64,000 nt of DNA, from assembly GCA_030648205.1 (NCBI GenBank), contig JAUSIH010000046.1, positions 67,147-131,146 of the forward strand. Direction: 5' to 3'. The first letter of the stretch is position 1. Each line of letters begins with the position of its first letter. Shown here in pieces: positions 1 through 11,103 of this stretch. A program made the translations under genes and the position numbers. The notes below the pieces were generated by a model. It was not told the origin of the DNA, did not search any database, and worked only from the letters and a program-made list of their open reading frames with translations. This stretch comes from Dehalococcoidia bacterium. Lineage in GTDB: Bacteria > Chloroflexota > Dehalococcoidia > JAUSIH01.

Positions 1-272
1 CGTTCAGCGCCAGTGAGCAGGAGCTCTTCGCGCAGAGGGGCTACACCCACGAGCCCAGGCGGTGCGCCACGTGTCGCGAGACGCGCAAGTCGGAGCGGAC
101 CGGGGATACGGGCAGCGGCGGCGGTTTCGGCGATCACCCGCGCCGCGAGATGTTTGAGGCTGTGTGCGCCAGCTGTGGACAGAAGGCCATGGTCCCGTTC
201 CAGCCCCGTGGCAACAAGCCTGTGTACTGCGGCGACTGCTACCGCAAGGTCCAGCAGTCGTCCAATCGCTAG
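1..272 (+). CDS. C-terminal fragment (5' end outside the window) of a small zinc-ribbon protein with paired CxxC...CxxC motifs (zf-trcl-like)
   Basis: Frame starting at nt 3 is open to TAG at 270-272. It translates to ...RRCATCRETRK...CASCGQKAMVPFQPRGNKPVYCGDCYRKV, i.e. two CxxC pairs typical of a probable zinc-ribbon domain. No start codon is present in the window. Confidence 0.5.
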   Translation, partial: FSASEQELFAQRGYTHEPRRCATCRETRKSERTGDTGSGGGFGDHPRREMFEAVCASCGQKAMVPFQPRGNKPVYCGDCYRKVQQSSNR

Positions 273-295
273 GATAGTCACCTGACAGGTAAGGC

Positions 296-331
296 GAGGG
301 GCTTTGTACCAACATGGCCCCTCGTTGTTTT
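296..331 (+). terminator. Rho-independent terminator candidate after the zinc-ribbon gene
   Basis: 7-bp GC stem gaggggc/gcccctc (296-302 / 317-323) with a 14-nt loop, followed by gttgtttt. Confidence 0.4.
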
Positions 332-406
332 AGGCGGCCACTCCGGGGGTTGCCCCCGCGCTCGGATTGTTCGGATGGCTTTCCCGCGACGCCTGGCGAG
401 GGTCGG

Positions 407-435
407 TTGACATCCGCTTGACCCCGGCATAGAGT
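407..435 (+). promoter_or_regulatory. Sigma70-like promoter candidate (TTGACA-17-TAGAGT) upstream of the crotonase gene
   Basis: TTGACA at 407-412, 17-nt spacer, TAGAGT at 430-435; GGAG-containing RBS before ATG 466. Confidence 0.3.
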
Positions 436-465
436 AAGGCCACACTACTGGCAAGGAGAGCAGAC

Positions 466-1245
466 ATGACCAGGAAGACCTACGACGGCCTTTTGCTGGA
501 AAAGAAAGGCCACGTCGCCGTCATCACCTTGAATCGCCCCGAGAAGCTGAACGCCCTGAACATTGATATGCGCGTGGGCCTTGCGGAGTTCTCCCGGGAG
601 CTCGAGCGGGACGTGGATGTCCGGGTGGTGGTGCTCACGGGCGCGGGACGGGCCTTTTGCTCGGGGGCCGACCTGTCGGCTCCTCCCGGAGCGTTCAAGG
701 CGGACATCGCGGAGGCGGCGGGTGCGTGGGTCGTGCCCTTGTTCAAGCTGGAGAAGCCAACCATCGCCGCAGTCAACGGCGTGGCCGCGGGGGGTGGTCT
801 CTCCGCGGCGCTTGTCTGTGACATCCGTATTGCGTCCGACCAGGCGCGCTTCACGGCGGTATGGAGCAAGCGGGGTCTGATACCTGACAGCCTGGCAAGC
901 TGGCTGCTGCCTCGTCTTGTTGGCATGTCCCATGCCTGCGAGCTGTCGTATACCGGACGCATCATTGACGCACAGGAAGCCGCGCGCATCGGCATGGTGA
1001 GCAGGGTGGTGCCCCACGACAGGCTGATGGCGGAGACGATGGCCCTCGCTGAGGAGATCAGCCAGCAGGCGCCCATTGCGCTGCGCCTGACCAAGCGCGC
1101 TTACCAGAGCGGAGCGGCGAGCAGCGCGGACGCGCAGGTATTTCACGAGTCGTCGTCCGTAGCCATCTGCCACAGCACGGAGGACTACCTGGAGGGACGC
1201 AAGGCCTTCCTTGAGAAGCGCGCTCCCGTGTTCAAAGGCAAGTAA
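466..1245 (+). CDS. Enoyl-CoA hydratase/isomerase (crotonase) family protein
   Basis: N-terminus GHVAVITLNRPEKLNALN and a GAGRAFCSGADL oxyanion-hole motif; 259 aa. Confidence 0.85.
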   Translation: MTRKTYDGLLLEKKGHVAVITLNRPEKLNALNIDMRVGLAEFSRELERDVDVRVVVLTGAGRAFCSGADLSAPPGAFKADIAEAAGAWVVPLFKLEKPTIAAVNGVAAGGGLSAALVCDIRIASDQARFTAVWSKRGLIPDSLASWLLPRLVGMSHACELSYTGRIIDAQEAARIGMVSRVVPHDRLMAETMALAEEISQQAPIALRLTKRAYQSGAASSADAQVFHESSSVAICHSTEDYLEGRKAFLEKRAPVFKGK

Positions 1246-1260
1246 TGCCTGCGGGCTGGC

Positions 1261-2976
<1,716 letters not shown>

Positions 2977-2985
2977 GGCGTGGGC

Positions 2986-3594
2986 CTAGCCTTGGGCCTT
3001 GTTAATGGACTCCAGGCCCCAGCCCGCCGCCCACTTGTTCCAATAGGCGTCGCTTATGGCGCCGCTGACGCGCAGGAAGGCGTCCTTGACGCCCTGGCTC
3101 TTGATCTCAAAGAGCTTGAACCGCACCTCAAGCTCGAAGGTCACTTTGCGGCCTGACCCGTCCGAAGTGTTCTCCAGACGGCGCGCGATGTGGTTCAGGT
3201 GCTCGCGCGATATTTCGAACTCCCAGAAAAGGTGGAATGCCTGCTTCGGCTGGACTGAGAGGTCAATGATGTTCAGGTAGTATGTGACGCCGCCGGGAAG
3301 GGCGGGCGAGTTGAAGCTCTTTCCTTCGCTCCGGCTGACGCCGACGGTCATCTCGTAGTAGCCGGCGCTCATGAAAATGAATTCGTCGAAGACCTTGAGC
3401 AGGCCGGAGCCGGGCAGTAGGTTGATCTGCTCGTCCGTGCTGTTGCGGATGACCACGCTGGCCTGGATGCGTGGCTTGTTGAAGGGGGGCAGCGCCTCCA
3501 CGGCGATATTCTCTACCGCTAGATAGGGCATCAGCTCCATGGCCGGGCGTGCATCCTCGGGCGGCTTCTGGTCCTGCCGGGGCGCCTGCTCCAC
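2986..3594 (-). CDS. Hypothetical protein with no recognisable domain, lying between mutL and the TolB/PQQ gene
   Basis: 202-aa ORF; GC visibly lower (about 58%) than its neighbours; start codon uncertain (several in-frame Met). Confidence 0.45.
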   Translation of the reverse strand: MEQAPRQDQKPPEDARPAMELMPYLAVENIAVEALPPFNKPRIQASVVIRNSTDEQINLLPGSGLLKVFDEFIFMSAGYYEMTVGVSRSEGKSFNSPALPGGVTYYLNIIDLSVQPKQAFHLFWEFEISREHLNHIARRLENTSDGSGRKVTFELEVRFKLFEIKSQGVKDAFLRVSGAISDAYWNKWAAGWGLESINKAQG

Positions 3595-3848
3595 GACTGC
3601 CTCCTCATGCTGACATCAAGTTTTGCGCTTCGCCTTCTCTGGTGTGCCAACATCATAGGCTACGTAGGCGAGAGGGTCAATCGGGGCGCGGTCAGGCGGG
3701 CTTGCTGGCGGCCATCGGATGCAGGATGCAATCCAAGGCTGGTTATAATTCGTACCTCTTTATAACACAGGTCCGCCGCCTGTCCAGGCCGGGCGTTGCG
3801 CGGCAGGCCCGTCGGTTACAATAGCGTGGGGACCAGGGAGGGAGTGCG

Positions 3849-6071
3849 ATGCGTTATCCGCTGGGACGCGCGGGAAGGCCGTTCCTTGCCGCCCTCGCTA
3901 TCGTCGCGGTCGCCCTCGTCGGGCTGACGCCGCGCTCCGCGAGTGCGCTCCCCGCCGCGCTCATCGCGTTCGTGTCCTCCCGCGACGGCAACAGCGAAAT
4001 CTACGTTGCACGGGCCGATGGCGCGGGAGCGACCCGCCTGACATCCAACCCCGGCTGGGACTGGCAGCCCGCGTGGTCGCCGGACGGCGCGCGCCTCGCG
4101 TTCACCTCCCGCGTGGACGGCAACACCGACATTTACACCGTTCGCGCCTCTGATTTGGGCATGACGCGCCTGACCACGGACTCCGCCGATGACCGTGATC
4201 CCGCGTGGTCGCCGGATGGCAAGCGCATTGTGTTTGTCTCGCGACGCGACGGCAATCCTGAGATATACGTCATGAACACGGACGGCTCGGGGCAGACGCG
4301 CCTGACGAACAACCCTGCCTGGGACTGGAACCCCGTCTGGTCTCCCGACGGCCAGCGCCTCGCTTTTATGTCGTACCGCGACAACAGTTATGAGATTTAC
4401 GTGATGCGAGCGGACGGGACGGGGTTGGCCCGCGTCACGACCAACCCGGGTGGGCACCTTGCGCCGGCGTGGTCGCCGGATGGAGCGCGCATCGCCTACG
4501 TGACGGAGAAAGGGCGAACCGCCAGCCTGTGGGTGGTCAACGTGACCACACTGGAGGCGCGGATGCTGGCGTCGCCGGGGGAGAAGGTCAAGCAGGCGGC
4601 ATGGTCTCCGGACGGGAAGCTCCTGGCGATCACCGCGCTCGAAGGATGTCCCGGGACCGAGTGCTACGATGCCCTGTACCTTGTCAACGACGATGGCTCC
4701 GGTCTCCGGTATCTGAACATGTTTCCCCCTGCCGACGGCGAGCTGGCCTGGTCGCCCGACGGCCTCTGGCTCGCGTACACCACGTCGGGTGGCGCGGCAC
4801 AGGCATACCAGGTCTGGATTCGAGAGATAGGCGGGTCCGGCCAGTCCGTCCCGTTCCTGGACGGAGAGTCACCGGTCTGGCAGCCAGCCGCGGGCGCTCT
4901 GTGGCCGACTCCCACGCCGACTCCGGTCGCGCCAACTCCCACCGCCACGCCGACGCCGACTCCTATGCCCACGCCCGCCGGTGCGACACCTACTCCAACC
5001 GCCACTCCCGGACGCAGGACGGTGGGCCTGACGTACCTGTTCTGGCCCATGTACCGCCGCGACGCTCAGCATACGGCGCGGCACCTGTATTTGGGGCCTC
5101 AGGCCCCCGCGCTCAAGTGGGCCTTCGGCACGTTGAACGTTATCCAGTCCTCGCCAGCCATAGGGCCGGACGGAACCATCTACGTCGGCTCCAACGACAA
5201 CAGGCTCTACGCCCTCAGTCCCGGCGGCGTCCTCAAGTGGAGCTTCCCCACGGGGAACTGGGTATGGTCATCCCCGGCCATCGGGGTTGATGGCACTGTC
5301 TACGTCGGGTCTTTCGACAAAAAGCTCTACGCCGTCGCGTCCAACGGCCTCTTGAGATGGAGCTTCCCCACGGGGGATATCGTGTACTCTTCTCCGGCCA
5401 TCGGCGCGGACGGCACCGTCTACGTAGGGTCGAACGACCACAACCTCTACGCTGTCAACCCGAACGGCTCCCTCAAGTGGAGCTTCGGCACCGGCAGCAT
5501 CATCCACTCATCGCCCGCCATCGGATTCGACGGCGCCATCTACGTCGGCTCTTTCGACAAGAAGCTGTATGCCGTCAATGCGGACGGCTCCCTCAAGTGG
5601 AGCTTTACGACGGGCGGCGCCATCCAGTCGTCTCCCACCATTGGAGAGGGGGGCGCCGTGTACGTGGGGTCCACGGACGGAAATCTCTACGCCATCAACG
5701 CGGACGGCTCCCTAAAGTGGAGTTTTCCGGTCGGCGCCGCTATCCAGTCTTCGCCTGCCATCGGAGCGGACGGCAACATCTACGTGGGGGCGGATGACCG
5801 TAACCTCTACGCGGTCAGCTCGAGCGGTGCGCTCAATTGGAGCCTCTCCGTCGGCAGTATCATCTCCGCGTCCCCCGCCGTTGGAGCGGACGGCACCATC
5901 TACGTCCACTCCATTGACCACAAGCTCTACGCCGTGCGGCCGGACGGCTCTCTCAGATGGGGCTTCACAGCAGGAGCGGGGATTGTAACCGTGTCCTCTC
6001 CGGCGATCGGCGCCGACAACATCCTGTACGTGGGGTCGGGGGACGGAAAGCTCTACGCCATCGGGCCGTAG
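3849..6071 (+). CDS. Secreted multi-propeller protein: TolB-like PD40 repeats, Pro/Thr-rich linker, then about 9 PQQ-like beta-propeller repeats
   Basis: Signal peptide (LAALAIVAVALVGL...ASA). Repeated DGxxxIYV...PAWSPDG units (PD40). Linker PTPTPTPVAPTPTATPTPTPMPTP. Repeated LYAV...G.LKWSF.TG..I.SSPAIG.DGT(I/V)YVGS units (PQQ/BamB-like). AGGGAGGG RBS precedes the ATG. Confidence 0.8.
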   Translation: MRYPLGRAGRPFLAALAIVAVALVGLTPRSASALPAALIAFVSSRDGNSEIYVARADGAGATRLTSNPGWDWQPAWSPDGARLAFTSRVDGNTDIYTVRASDLGMTRLTTDSADDRDPAWSPDGKRIVFVSRRDGNPEIYVMNTDGSGQTRLTNNPAWDWNPVWSPDGQRLAFMSYRDNSYEIYVMRADGTGLARVTTNPGGHLAPAWSPDGARIAYVTEKGRTASLWVVNVTTLEARMLASPGEKVKQAAWSPDGKLLAITALEGCPGTECYDALYLVNDDGSGLRYLNMFPPADGELAWSPDGLWLAYTTSGGAAQAYQVWIREIGGSGQSVPFLDGESPVWQPAAGALWPTPTPTPVAPTPTATPTPTPMPTPAGATPTPTATPGRRTVGLTYLFWPMYRRDAQHTARHLYLGPQAPALKWAFGTLNVIQSSPAIGPDGTIYVGSNDNRLYALSPGGVLKWSFPTGNWVWSSPAIGVDGTVYVGSFDKKLYAVASNGLLRWSFPTGDIVYSSPAIGADGTVYVGSNDHNLYAVNPNGSLKWSFGTGSIIHSSPAIGFDGAIYVGSFDKKLYAVNADGSLKWSFTTGGAIQSSPTIGEGGAVYVGSTDGNLYAINADGSLKWSFPVGAAIQSSPAIGADGNIYVGADDRNLYAVSSSGALNWSLSVGSIISASPAVGADGTIYVHSIDHKLYAVRPDGSLRWGFTAGAGIVTVSSPAIGADNILYVGSGDGKLYAIGP

Positions 6072-6072
6072 C

Positions 6073-8670
6073 TTAGTGTGCGGCCTGGCCGCCTTCACCC
6101 TTCGCCTTCCGTTGTAGCTCGTAGAGCCTGGTCAACGCCTCCAGAGGCGTCAGCCCGTTCACGTCCAGGGCCAGCAGTTCCTCCAGCCAGGGCGGCGTCT
6201 TGCCGAAGAGCGGCATCTGCTCCCCTTCCGTGGAAGGGTCGGCGCGGGGGGCGGAGCGTCCACGCCGCCAGTCGGACTGGGCGCGGCCATCGGCGCTCTC
6301 CAGTTCCGCGAGCACCTCGCGCGCCCGGTGGACCACGGGGCGCGGAAGCCCGGCGAGCTGCGCCACATGAATGCCGTAGCTCTTGTCCGCGCCGCCCGGC
6401 GCGATGCGGTGCAGGAACACCACGTCTCCACCCTCCTCCGCGACGGCTACGTTGTAGTTACGCACGCGGGGCAGGTAGCGGGCCATCTCCACCAGTTCAT
6501 GGTAGTGCGTGGCGAAGAGGGTGCGGGCGCCCAGGCGCGGGTGATTGTGGATGTACTCGATGACGGCGCGGGCGATGGCCATGCCGTCGTACGTGCTGGT
6601 GCCGCGTCCTATCTCGTCAAGAATCAGCAGCGAGCGGGACGTGGCGTTGTGCAGAATGTGGGCCGTCTCGATCATCTCCACCATGAACGTGGACTGGCCC
6701 GTCGCCAGGTCGTCCTGGAGTCCCACGCGGGTGAATATGCGGTCCACGAGGCCGACGGTGGCGGCCTGCGCCGGGACGAAGCCGCCCATCTGGGCCATGA
6801 GGACGATAAGCGCCGCCTGGCGCAGGAAAGTGGACTTGCCCGCCATGTTGGGGCCGGTGAGGACGACCACCTGGGCGTCCTTGCAGGAAAGGAGAGTATC
6901 GTTGGGCACGAACTCTCCCCCGGACAGGAAGCGCTCTACGATTGGATGGCGCCCCGCCTTGATGTCCAGCGTATCGCCGTCCGTGAGGGTGGGACGCACG
7001 TAGTTGTAGCGCGCCGCGGCCTCCGCCAGCGCGGAGAGCGCATCGGCGTGGGCGAGGGCGTCGGCGGTGTCCAGGATGCGGTCGGCCATGGCCGCCACCT
7101 GGGCGCAGACCTGCCGGAACAGCGCGGCCTCCATCTCGGCGATGCGCTCCTGGGCGTTCAGCACCAGGGACTCGTACTCCTTCAGCTCCGGCGTGTAGTA
7201 GCGCTCGGCCCCGGAGAGCGTCTGCTTGCGGATATAGGTCGCCGGGACCAGCGCCAGGTGGGGCGTCGTCACCTCGATGTAGTAGCCGAAGACCCTGTTG
7301 TAGCCCACCTTCAGGCTTTTGATGCCTGTGTGCTCGCGCTCGGTCTTCTCCAGTGAGGCGATGTAGTCGCGGGCGTTGCGGGACGCCGAGCGCACCTGGT
7401 CCAGCTCCGGCGAGAACTCCTGGCGGATGACGCCGCCGTCGCTCAGCAGGGCCGGCGGGTCCTCGACGATGGCGTAGGCGATAAGCTCGACGGCGTCGGG
7501 GCACGCGTCCAGCCGCTCCACGAGCCAGGCCGGGGCGCTCTCCAGCGCCTGCCGGACGGGCGGCGCCGTCTCCAGGCTGCGGCGCAGGGCCGCCATGTCC
7601 CGCGGCGACGCGGCGCCCGCGCGGACGCGCACGGCCAGCCGTTCGATATCCCCCACAGTGTGTAGCATCTCCAGCACCCGCGTCCGCTGGATGGCGTGAG
7701 CGTGCAGCCATGCGACGGCCTCCTGGCGCTTCAGGAGGGGGGCCAGCTCGCGCAGGGGCTGCCCCAGCCAGCGCCGCATCAGGCGGCCGCCCATTGGAGT
7801 GCGGGTCAAGTCGAGCACCGCATACAGCGAGTGCTCCGTACCGCCGTTGCGCCCGCCCTGGAACAACTCCAGGTTTCGGCGGGTCTGGGAGTCAAGGGCC
7901 ATGTACGATTGGGGCGACACGGTGGACAGGCGATTCAGATTCGGCAGGGCCGCCTTCTGGGTCTCCGCCACGTACGCCAGGATGGCGCCCGCGGCGCGCA
8001 CCGCGCCGGCCATCCCCTCGCAACCATAGGCCTCCAGGCTGGTGGCGCCCAGGTGGCGCAGGAGCAGCGCCCGGCACTCCTCCTCGTCGAAGGTGCGCGC
8101 GTCGCGTTTCGTGACCGGCGCGCCACCCGTTGCGCCGGGCGGCGATGCGCCCTCCGGCAGCAGCACCTCGGCGGGTCGCAGCCGCTCCAACTCCAGCGCG
8201 GCGTCCTGGGGAGACAGCTCCGCGGTGGCGAACTCGCTGGTGGACAGGTCTATGTAGGCAAGACCCCATCTGTCTCCGGCGGGCGCCAGGGCCACCAGGT
8301 AGTTGTTGGCCTTCTGTTCCAGCAGGTTTGGCTCCAGCACTGTCCCTGGCGTGACCACCCGGACTACCTCGCGGTCCACCAGCCCCTTGCTGGTGGCGGG
8401 ATCGCTCATCTGCTCGCAGATGGCGACGCGGAAGCCCCGCCGGATGAGCTTGGCCAGGTATCCGTCCAGGGCGTGGTACGGGATGCCGGCCATGGGGTAG
8501 CGCTGGCCCTTGCCCAACTCCCGGCCGGTCAGGGTCAGGCCCAGTTCGCGGCTGATGGTGCGGGCGTCCTCGTCAAAGGTCTCGTAGAAGTCTCCCAGGC
8601 GGAACAGGAGCAGACAGCCGGGGTGCTGCTGCTTGGCCTGAAGGTACTGACGGCGTATGGGGGTAGACAC
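6073..8670 (-). CDS. mutS: DNA mismatch repair protein MutS
   Basis: N-terminal mismatch-binding motif LFRLGDFYETFDEDA; Walker A GPNMAGKSTFLRQ; 865 aa. Confidence 0.95.
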   Translation of the reverse strand: MSTPIRRQYLQAKQQHPGCLLLFRLGDFYETFDEDARTISRELGLTLTGRELGKGQRYPMAGIPYHALDGYLAKLIRRGFRVAICEQMSDPATSKGLVDREVVRVVTPGTVLEPNLLEQKANNYLVALAPAGDRWGLAYIDLSTSEFATAELSPQDAALELERLRPAEVLLPEGASPPGATGGAPVTKRDARTFDEEECRALLLRHLGATSLEAYGCEGMAGAVRAAGAILAYVAETQKAALPNLNRLSTVSPQSYMALDSQTRRNLELFQGGRNGGTEHSLYAVLDLTRTPMGGRLMRRWLGQPLRELAPLLKRQEAVAWLHAHAIQRTRVLEMLHTVGDIERLAVRVRAGAASPRDMAALRRSLETAPPVRQALESAPAWLVERLDACPDAVELIAYAIVEDPPALLSDGGVIRQEFSPELDQVRSASRNARDYIASLEKTEREHTGIKSLKVGYNRVFGYYIEVTTPHLALVPATYIRKQTLSGAERYYTPELKEYESLVLNAQERIAEMEAALFRQVCAQVAAMADRILDTADALAHADALSALAEAAARYNYVRPTLTDGDTLDIKAGRHPIVERFLSGGEFVPNDTLLSCKDAQVVVLTGPNMAGKSTFLRQAALIVLMAQMGGFVPAQAATVGLVDRIFTRVGLQDDLATGQSTFMVEMIETAHILHNATSRSLLILDEIGRGTSTYDGMAIARAVIEYIHNHPRLGARTLFATHYHELVEMARYLPRVRNYNVAVAEEGGDVVFLHRIAPGGADKSYGIHVAQLAGLPRPVVHRAREVLAELESADGRAQSDWRRGRSAPRADPSTEGEQMPLFGKTPPWLEELLALDVNGLTPLEALTRLYELQRKAKGEGGQAAH

Positions 8671-8758
8671 GTTCTGCCTCGCGCTCTTCTGCGCCTATTC
8701 TACCGGACAACGCGCCGCGCAGGAAGCGCGTAGCGACCCGACTCGCCCATCCTTGCTC

Positions 8759-8788
8759 TTGCGAGAGTATGGACAGCGGGAGTATGAT
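8759..8788 (+). promoter_or_regulatory. Promoter candidate for tRNA-Arg (TTGCGA-18-TATGAT)
   Basis: TTGCGA at 8759-8764, TATGAT at 8783-8788, about 17 nt upstream of the mature tRNA 5' end. Confidence 0.3.
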
Positions 8789-8805
8789 AGATAACGATTG
8801 AACGT

Positions 8806-8880
8806 GCCCCTGTAGCTCAGCGGATAGAGTACCGGCCTCCGAAGCCGGGTGCGGGCGTTCGAGTCGCCCCAGGGGTACCA
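8806..8880 (+). tRNA. tRNA-Arg (anticodon CCG)
   Basis: Hand-folded cloverleaf: acceptor stem GCCCCTG/CAGGGGT (with G1:U72 wobble); D-arm GCTC..GAGT; anticodon stem CCGGC/GCCGG with loop CTCCGAA (anticodon CCG); T-arm GGGCG-TTCGAGT-CGCCC; encoded CCA end. Confidence 0.9.
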
Positions 8881-8935
8881 TAACAAGCACTTCTCTTTTC
8901 TTGCGGGGAGGCAAGGGAGCGGAAAGGACGGCTTA

Positions 8936-9520
8936 ATGGTCCGCACCCGATTAGCTCTCCTTGAGGTACGTTGGCATGGCCGCGGAGGCCAGGGCGTGGT
9001 AACCGCCAGCGCCATGCTGGCCGACGCAGCCCTGGAAGAAGACCTCTACTTTCAGGCCTTCCCGGAGTACGGAGCGGAGCGCTCCGGAGCGCCGGTCACC
9101 GCCTACAGCCGCCTCAGCGAGTCCCCCATCAGTGTCCGCAGCCAGATTACCGAGCCCGACGTTGTCGTCGTCGTTGACCCTACGCTCCTCGGCAAAGTTG
9201 ACGTCACGCGCGGCCTCAAGCCCGAAGGCATCCTCTTAATCAATACCACGCTCTCGCCCGCGGAGGTGCGCAAGCGTCTGAACGTCCAGGGCGGGCGTGT
9301 TTTCACCGTGGACGCCACGGGCATCGCGCGGGCGACGGTGGGCCGCCCGATTCCGAATACGCCTATGCTGGGCGCTCTGCTCCGCATCACCGGCGTGGTC
9401 AGCAAAGACGCCGCGCTGCGCGCGGTACGGGGCCGTCTGGGCACACGGCTCAGTCCGGACGTCATCCAGGCGAACATCCTCGCCTTTGAACAGGCGTACG
9501 CGGGTATCCAGGAAGGGTAA
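8936..9520 (+). CDS. porG: 2-oxoacid (pyruvate/2-ketoisovalerate-type):ferredoxin oxidoreductase gamma subunit
   Basis: RWHGRGGQGVVTASAML motif typical of POR/VOR gamma subunits. Start moved to ATG 8936 (RBS GGAAAGGA) because the longer ORF overlaps the tRNA. Confidence 0.85.
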   Translation: MVRTRLALLEVRWHGRGGQGVVTASAMLADAALEEDLYFQAFPEYGAERSGAPVTAYSRLSESPISVRSQITEPDVVVVVDPTLLGKVDVTRGLKPEGILLINTTLSPAEVRKRLNVQGGRVFTVDATGIARATVGRPIPNTPMLGALLRITGVVSKDAALRAVRGRLGTRLSPDVIQANILAFEQAYAGIQEG

Positions 9521-9540
9521 GCCAGGAAAGGGGAGGGCAT

Positions 9541-9822
9541 ATGTCACAAGATTGGAGAAAAGTCGCGCCCGGCGGGACCGTCACCGAGCCGGGGAGTGCC
9601 GTGACCGTTGAGACGGGCACGTGGCGGTCCAGCAGGCCCGTCGTGGACTACGACCATTGCGTGCACTGCATGATCTGCTGGGTCTTCTGCCCGGACGACT
9701 GCTTCCAGACGGAGAACGGCAAGCTGGTCGGCGTGGACTACTTCCACTGCAAGGGCTGCGGCATCTGCGCCGTCGAGTGCCCCAAAAAGTGCATCTCCAT
9801 GCAAGAGGACGTCCTGGCGTAG
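9541..9822 (+). CDS. porD: 2-oxoacid:ferredoxin oxidoreductase delta subunit (2x[4Fe-4S] ferredoxin)
   Basis: Two Cys clusters (CVHCMICWVFCP and CKGCGICAVECP); 93 aa. Confidence 0.85.
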   Translation: MSQDWRKVAPGGTVTEPGSAVTVETGTWRSSRPVVDYDHCVHCMICWVFCPDDCFQTENGKLVGVDYFHCKGCGICAVECPKKCISMQEDVLA

Positions 9823-9844
9823 CCGTCCTCGGAAGAGGTTTTGT

Positions 9845-11071
9845 ATGACCCTCAAGGCAAGTGAGCGCCGCAGGGCCCGTTCCGCCACGGGCCGCGCCGT
9901 CGCCATCAACGGGGCGACGCTGGTGGCGCATGCCATGCGTCAGATCCATCCCGACGTGGTCGCCTGCTATCCCATCACGCCGCAGACCATCATCACGGAG
10001 ACGTTCAGCGAGTTTGTGGCGAACGGGCTGGTGCAGACGGAGTTCGTGGCGGTGGAGAGCGAGCATGCCGCCATGAGCGTGTGCATCGGCTCGGCGGCGG
10101 CGGGCGCCAGGACGCAGACCGCCACATCAGGGCCGGGCCTGGCGCTCATGTGGGAGCTGCTCTGGGTGGCCTCGGGAAGCCGCCTGCCCATCGTCATGCA
10201 CCTGTGCACCCGCGCCCTGAGCGCGCCGCTGAACATCCTCTGCGACCATAGCGACGTGATGGGCGCGCGGGACACGGGCTGGCCCATCCTCTTCAGCGAG
10301 GACGGACAGGAAGCCTACGACAACGCCATCCAGGCGGTGCGCGTCGCCGAGCACCCGGACGTGCTGCTGCCTGTCATCAGCACGCAGGACGGCTTCACCA
10401 TCACCCACGGCATCGAGCGCGCGGAGATCCTGGATGACGCTTCGGTCCGCTCCTTTGTCGGCGAGTATTCTCCGCATCGTCCTCTCCTGGACGTGGAGCA
10501 TCCGACGACCTACGGAGCGTGGGACTATCACGACTTCTATTTCGAGCACAAGCGCCAGCAGGCCGACGCCATGGAGAAGGCGCTGGGTGTCATAGAGGCG
10601 GTGGGGCAGGAGTTCGGGAAGCTGAGCGGGCGCTCCTATGGCCTGGTCCAGCCCTACCGGCTGGACGACGCGGAGTTCGCAGTGGTGGTGCTGGGGTCGG
10701 CGGCGGGCACTCTGCGGTCGGTGGTGGACGATCTGCGCTCTCGCGGGGTCAAGGCGGGCATGCTCCGGGTGCGCGTCCTTCGACCGTTCCCGACGAAGGC
10801 GGTGGCGGAGGCGCTGGCTGGAGTCAAGGTGGCGGCGGTCCTGGACAGGGCGCTCGCCTTTGGCGCGCCAGGCGGGCCGCTCTTTGAGGACGTGTGCGTG
10901 GCCCTGACGACGAATGGCGTCGGCCCGCGCCTGGTCAACTACGTGTACGGACTTGGAGGCCGGGACACCCTGCCGGCGCAATTCCTGCAGGCGTTTGAAG
11001 ACATCCGGCGCATCGCCAAGGGGGCCAGCGCTCAGCCGGTCGTGCGCTACCTGGGCCTGCGCGAGAGCTAG
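9845..11071 (+). CDS. porA: 2-oxoacid:ferredoxin oxidoreductase alpha subunit
   Basis: 408 aa with POR alpha N-terminal fold motifs (VACYPITPQT, GLALMWE). Confidence 0.9.
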   Translation: MTLKASERRRARSATGRAVAINGATLVAHAMRQIHPDVVACYPITPQTIITETFSEFVANGLVQTEFVAVESEHAAMSVCIGSAAAGARTQTATSGPGLALMWELLWVASGSRLPIVMHLCTRALSAPLNILCDHSDVMGARDTGWPILFSEDGQEAYDNAIQAVRVAEHPDVLLPVISTQDGFTITHGIERAEILDDASVRSFVGEYSPHRPLLDVEHPTTYGAWDYHDFYFEHKRQQADAMEKALGVIEAVGQEFGKLSGRSYGLVQPYRLDDAEFAVVVLGSAAGTLRSVVDDLRSRGVKAGMLRVRVLRPFPTKAVAEALAGVKVAAVLDRALAFGAPGGPLFEDVCVALTTNGVGPRLVNYVYGLGGRDTLPAQFLQAFEDIRRIAKGASAQPVVRYLGLRES

Positions 11072-11103
11072 GGTTCCGGGAACGTTCTCGGGAGGGAATA
11101 CCA

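Noticed and set aside
3849-6071. The PQQ-blade and PD40 repeats as DNA-level tandem repeats / CRISPR-like arrays
   Set aside because: The periodicity is at the protein level inside one long ORF with divergent nucleotide sequence. No CRISPR repeats or cas genes are present anywhere in the window.
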